Positions 23,669-25,092 of a DNA stretch of 25,092 nucleotides are shown here, piece after piece. Origin of the DNA: a virus (taxonomy: Duplodnaviria; Caudoviricetes). Under the pieces are notes generated by a model, which made no database searches, was not told where the DNA came from, and saw only the letters and a list, made by a program, of their open reading frames with translations. Every line of letters begins with the position of its first letter. Positions within the stretch are counted from its first letter, which is position 1. The DNA is taken from IMG/VR virus record IMGVR_UViG_3300037420_000675, positions 1 through 25,092 of that record, one strand, 5' to 3'. Both the position numbers and the translations under genes were made by a program.

Positions 23669-25092
23669 TATCGAGGCAGATGGTCTGCTGGATGAGGCGA
23701 CACAGATATGGTGTGCGACCCTAATCAATTGTATCACTAAAGAAAAAATCGAATGTCTGACGGGGGCTGAGTTCAAAGCCTTCCAGATTAAACATCCTGG
23801 TGCGATTTTCGTAGGGCATAACTTCATCGCCTACGACGCCCCGATGCTTAATCGTCACTGGAACGCCAGAATTCCAATCCAGAAGATAGTCGATACGTTT
23901 GTTCTAAGTCAGATTTATAACCCTGTGTACCCGAAACCTAAGGGAATTTCAGGAAAGAAGTCGTCCCATTCGTTAGAGGCATGGGGGATAAGGCTTAGGT
24001 TTCGTAAGCAAGAGTTCGCTGACTTTTCTTGCTACAGTCCTGCAATGCTTAAGTATTGTATGAATGATACCGTCTTGACGGCATTTCTGTTCAGAAAACT
24101 ATCAGAAAGGATGCGTCAGGTCGGTTTTACAGAAGAAGGCGTAGAACTCGAACATCTCGCATGGAACATCATCCAGAATAAGCAACGTCGTAACGGTTTT
24201 CCTTTCGATTACCGACGAGCAATGGAACTTTACGTCACAGTTCGTGCTCGTGAAGAGGAGCTTAAGAATGAAATCTACAAACTCTGGCCTCCAAGACTTC
24301 TCGTCGTTAAGCGCTATGCCCGACCGTTTAAGAAAGATGGAACTCCTTCTGCAAACTACTCGCGACACCTGGGACAGTTTCCAAAGGTCGTCGTCACAAC
24401 AGACGGAGAAGGATACGACTGCTATGATTGGGTTGAGTTTAACCTTGGCTCGCCTCAACAGAGAATTGAAAAACTCCTTGAACTCGGTTGGGAGCCCGTT
24501 AACACCACCAAAGCCGGTAATCCCAAGGTCGATGAAGACGAACTACTAGCCTTCGCAGAACTCTCTGGAACACCAGAAGTGTCTGCCTTGGCTAAATGGA
24601 TTGTCTTTAATAGCCGGGGGAATATGATTAATACTTGGCTAGAGGCTTACAACGAAAACACCAAGGCTATTCACGGGAAGCTATTCATTGCGAGCACTCT
24701 AAGATATCGACACAACAGCCCTAATTCAGCCAATATCCCGGCGGTTCGATTGAAGAAAGTCGAACGTGACGGAGTAGAGGTTGAAGAAATCCAATACGGC
24801 GAAGACGGCGCATGGACTTATGAGTGTAGGGACCTCTGGACTTGCGGCGACCCTAAGGAGTGGTCACTGGTTGGTATCGACGGGACGGGTATCCAAAATC
24901 GTTGCCTTATCCATCATCTTATCAAAACTGTCGGGGAAGAAAGAGTTCGCGATTTCAAAGAACTAGCCCTCCGAGGAGACGTCCATAAACACAACATCAA
25001 GGTTCTTGGCTTAGCCAATAAAGCCGCCGCTAAGAAGTTCTACTACACCTTGATGATGGGCGGACAAGGCAAGAGACTTGCTGCCGACCAGG
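23631..25092 (+). CDS. Family A DNA polymerase, T7-like (partial, runs off window; not in ORF track)
   Basis: Translated by hand. ExoI DIEADGL, ExoII GHNFIAYD, HSLEAWG, ExoIII YCMND, FNLGS, GWEP, PN.ANIP, motif A VGIDGTGIQNR and motif B KAAAKKFYYTLMMG. Confidence 0.93.
   Translation, partial: MYLTPTSCHWACDIEADGLLDEATQIWCATLINCITKEKIECLTGAEFKAFQIKHPGAIFVGHNFIAYDAPMLNRHWNARIPIQKIVDTFVLSQIYNPVYPKPKGISGKKSSHSLEAWGIRLRFRKQEFADFSCYSPAMLKYCMNDTVLTAFLFRKLSERMRQVGFTEEGVELEHLAWNIIQNKQRRNGFPFDYRRAMELYVTVRAREEELKNEIYKLWPPRLLVVKRYARPFKKDGTPSANYSRHLGQFPKVVVTTDGEGYDCYDWVEFNLGSPQQRIEKLLELGWEPVNTTKAGNPKVDEDELLAFAELSGTPEVSALAKWIVFNSRGNMINTWLEAYNENTKAIHGKLFIASTLRYRHNSPNSANIPAVRLKKVERDGVEVEEIQYGEDGAWTYECRDLWTCGDPKEWSLVGIDGTGIQNRCLIHHLIKTVGEERVRDFKELALRGDVHKHNIKVLGLANKAAAKKFYYTLMMGGQGKRLAADQ

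Noticed and set aside
165-24966. Numerous antisense/alternate-frame ORFs in the track (e.g. 1270-1785, 12363-12902, 16376-16978, 19494-20330, 13416-13610) and starts such as MASLAKS/MARLAKS
   Set aside because: Most are shadow ORFs of well-supported genes, and none shows a convincing RBS or motifs. The MASLAK-type starts are just the palindrome's TTG read in frame.

Overview
This window is part of a tailed dsDNA phage genome, podovirus-like with a phiEco32/PaP3/Zobellviridae-type layout, and it spans the junction of two divergent arms. The left arm (minus strand, 1-5.0 kb) is the packaging module: a small Zn-binding ORF, an HNH-like protein, TerS, a GTA-like TerL and a P22-like portal. A non-coding stretch at about 5.0-5.8 kb holds divergent sigma70 promoters and short repeats and is probably the genome end/pac region. 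The right arm (plus strand) carries small early orphan genes, three degenerate GNAT-like genes, a gamma-glutamylcyclotransferase and a phiEco32-type amidoligase cluster (class I and class II glutamine amidotransferases, two GS-fold COOH-NH2 ligases, an ATP-grasp enzyme). It continues with a HAD protein, a T7-like primase-helicase with an apparent CTG start, a metallophosphoesterase and a family A DNA polymerase that runs off the window. The most striking unexplained signals are non-coding: (i) 14 intergenic copies of a 17-bp palindrome TTGGCAAGNCTTGCCAA, (ii) a densely base-paired RNA-like region of about 660 nt at 13.06-13.72 kb with no convincing ORF, and (iii) clustered alphaproteobacterial LexA boxes (GAAC-N7-GAAC) inside a ~60-bp inverted repeat around a 302-aa orphan gene, plus other long inverted repeats enclosing genes. 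All family assignments come from motif recognition by eye; no searches were run.
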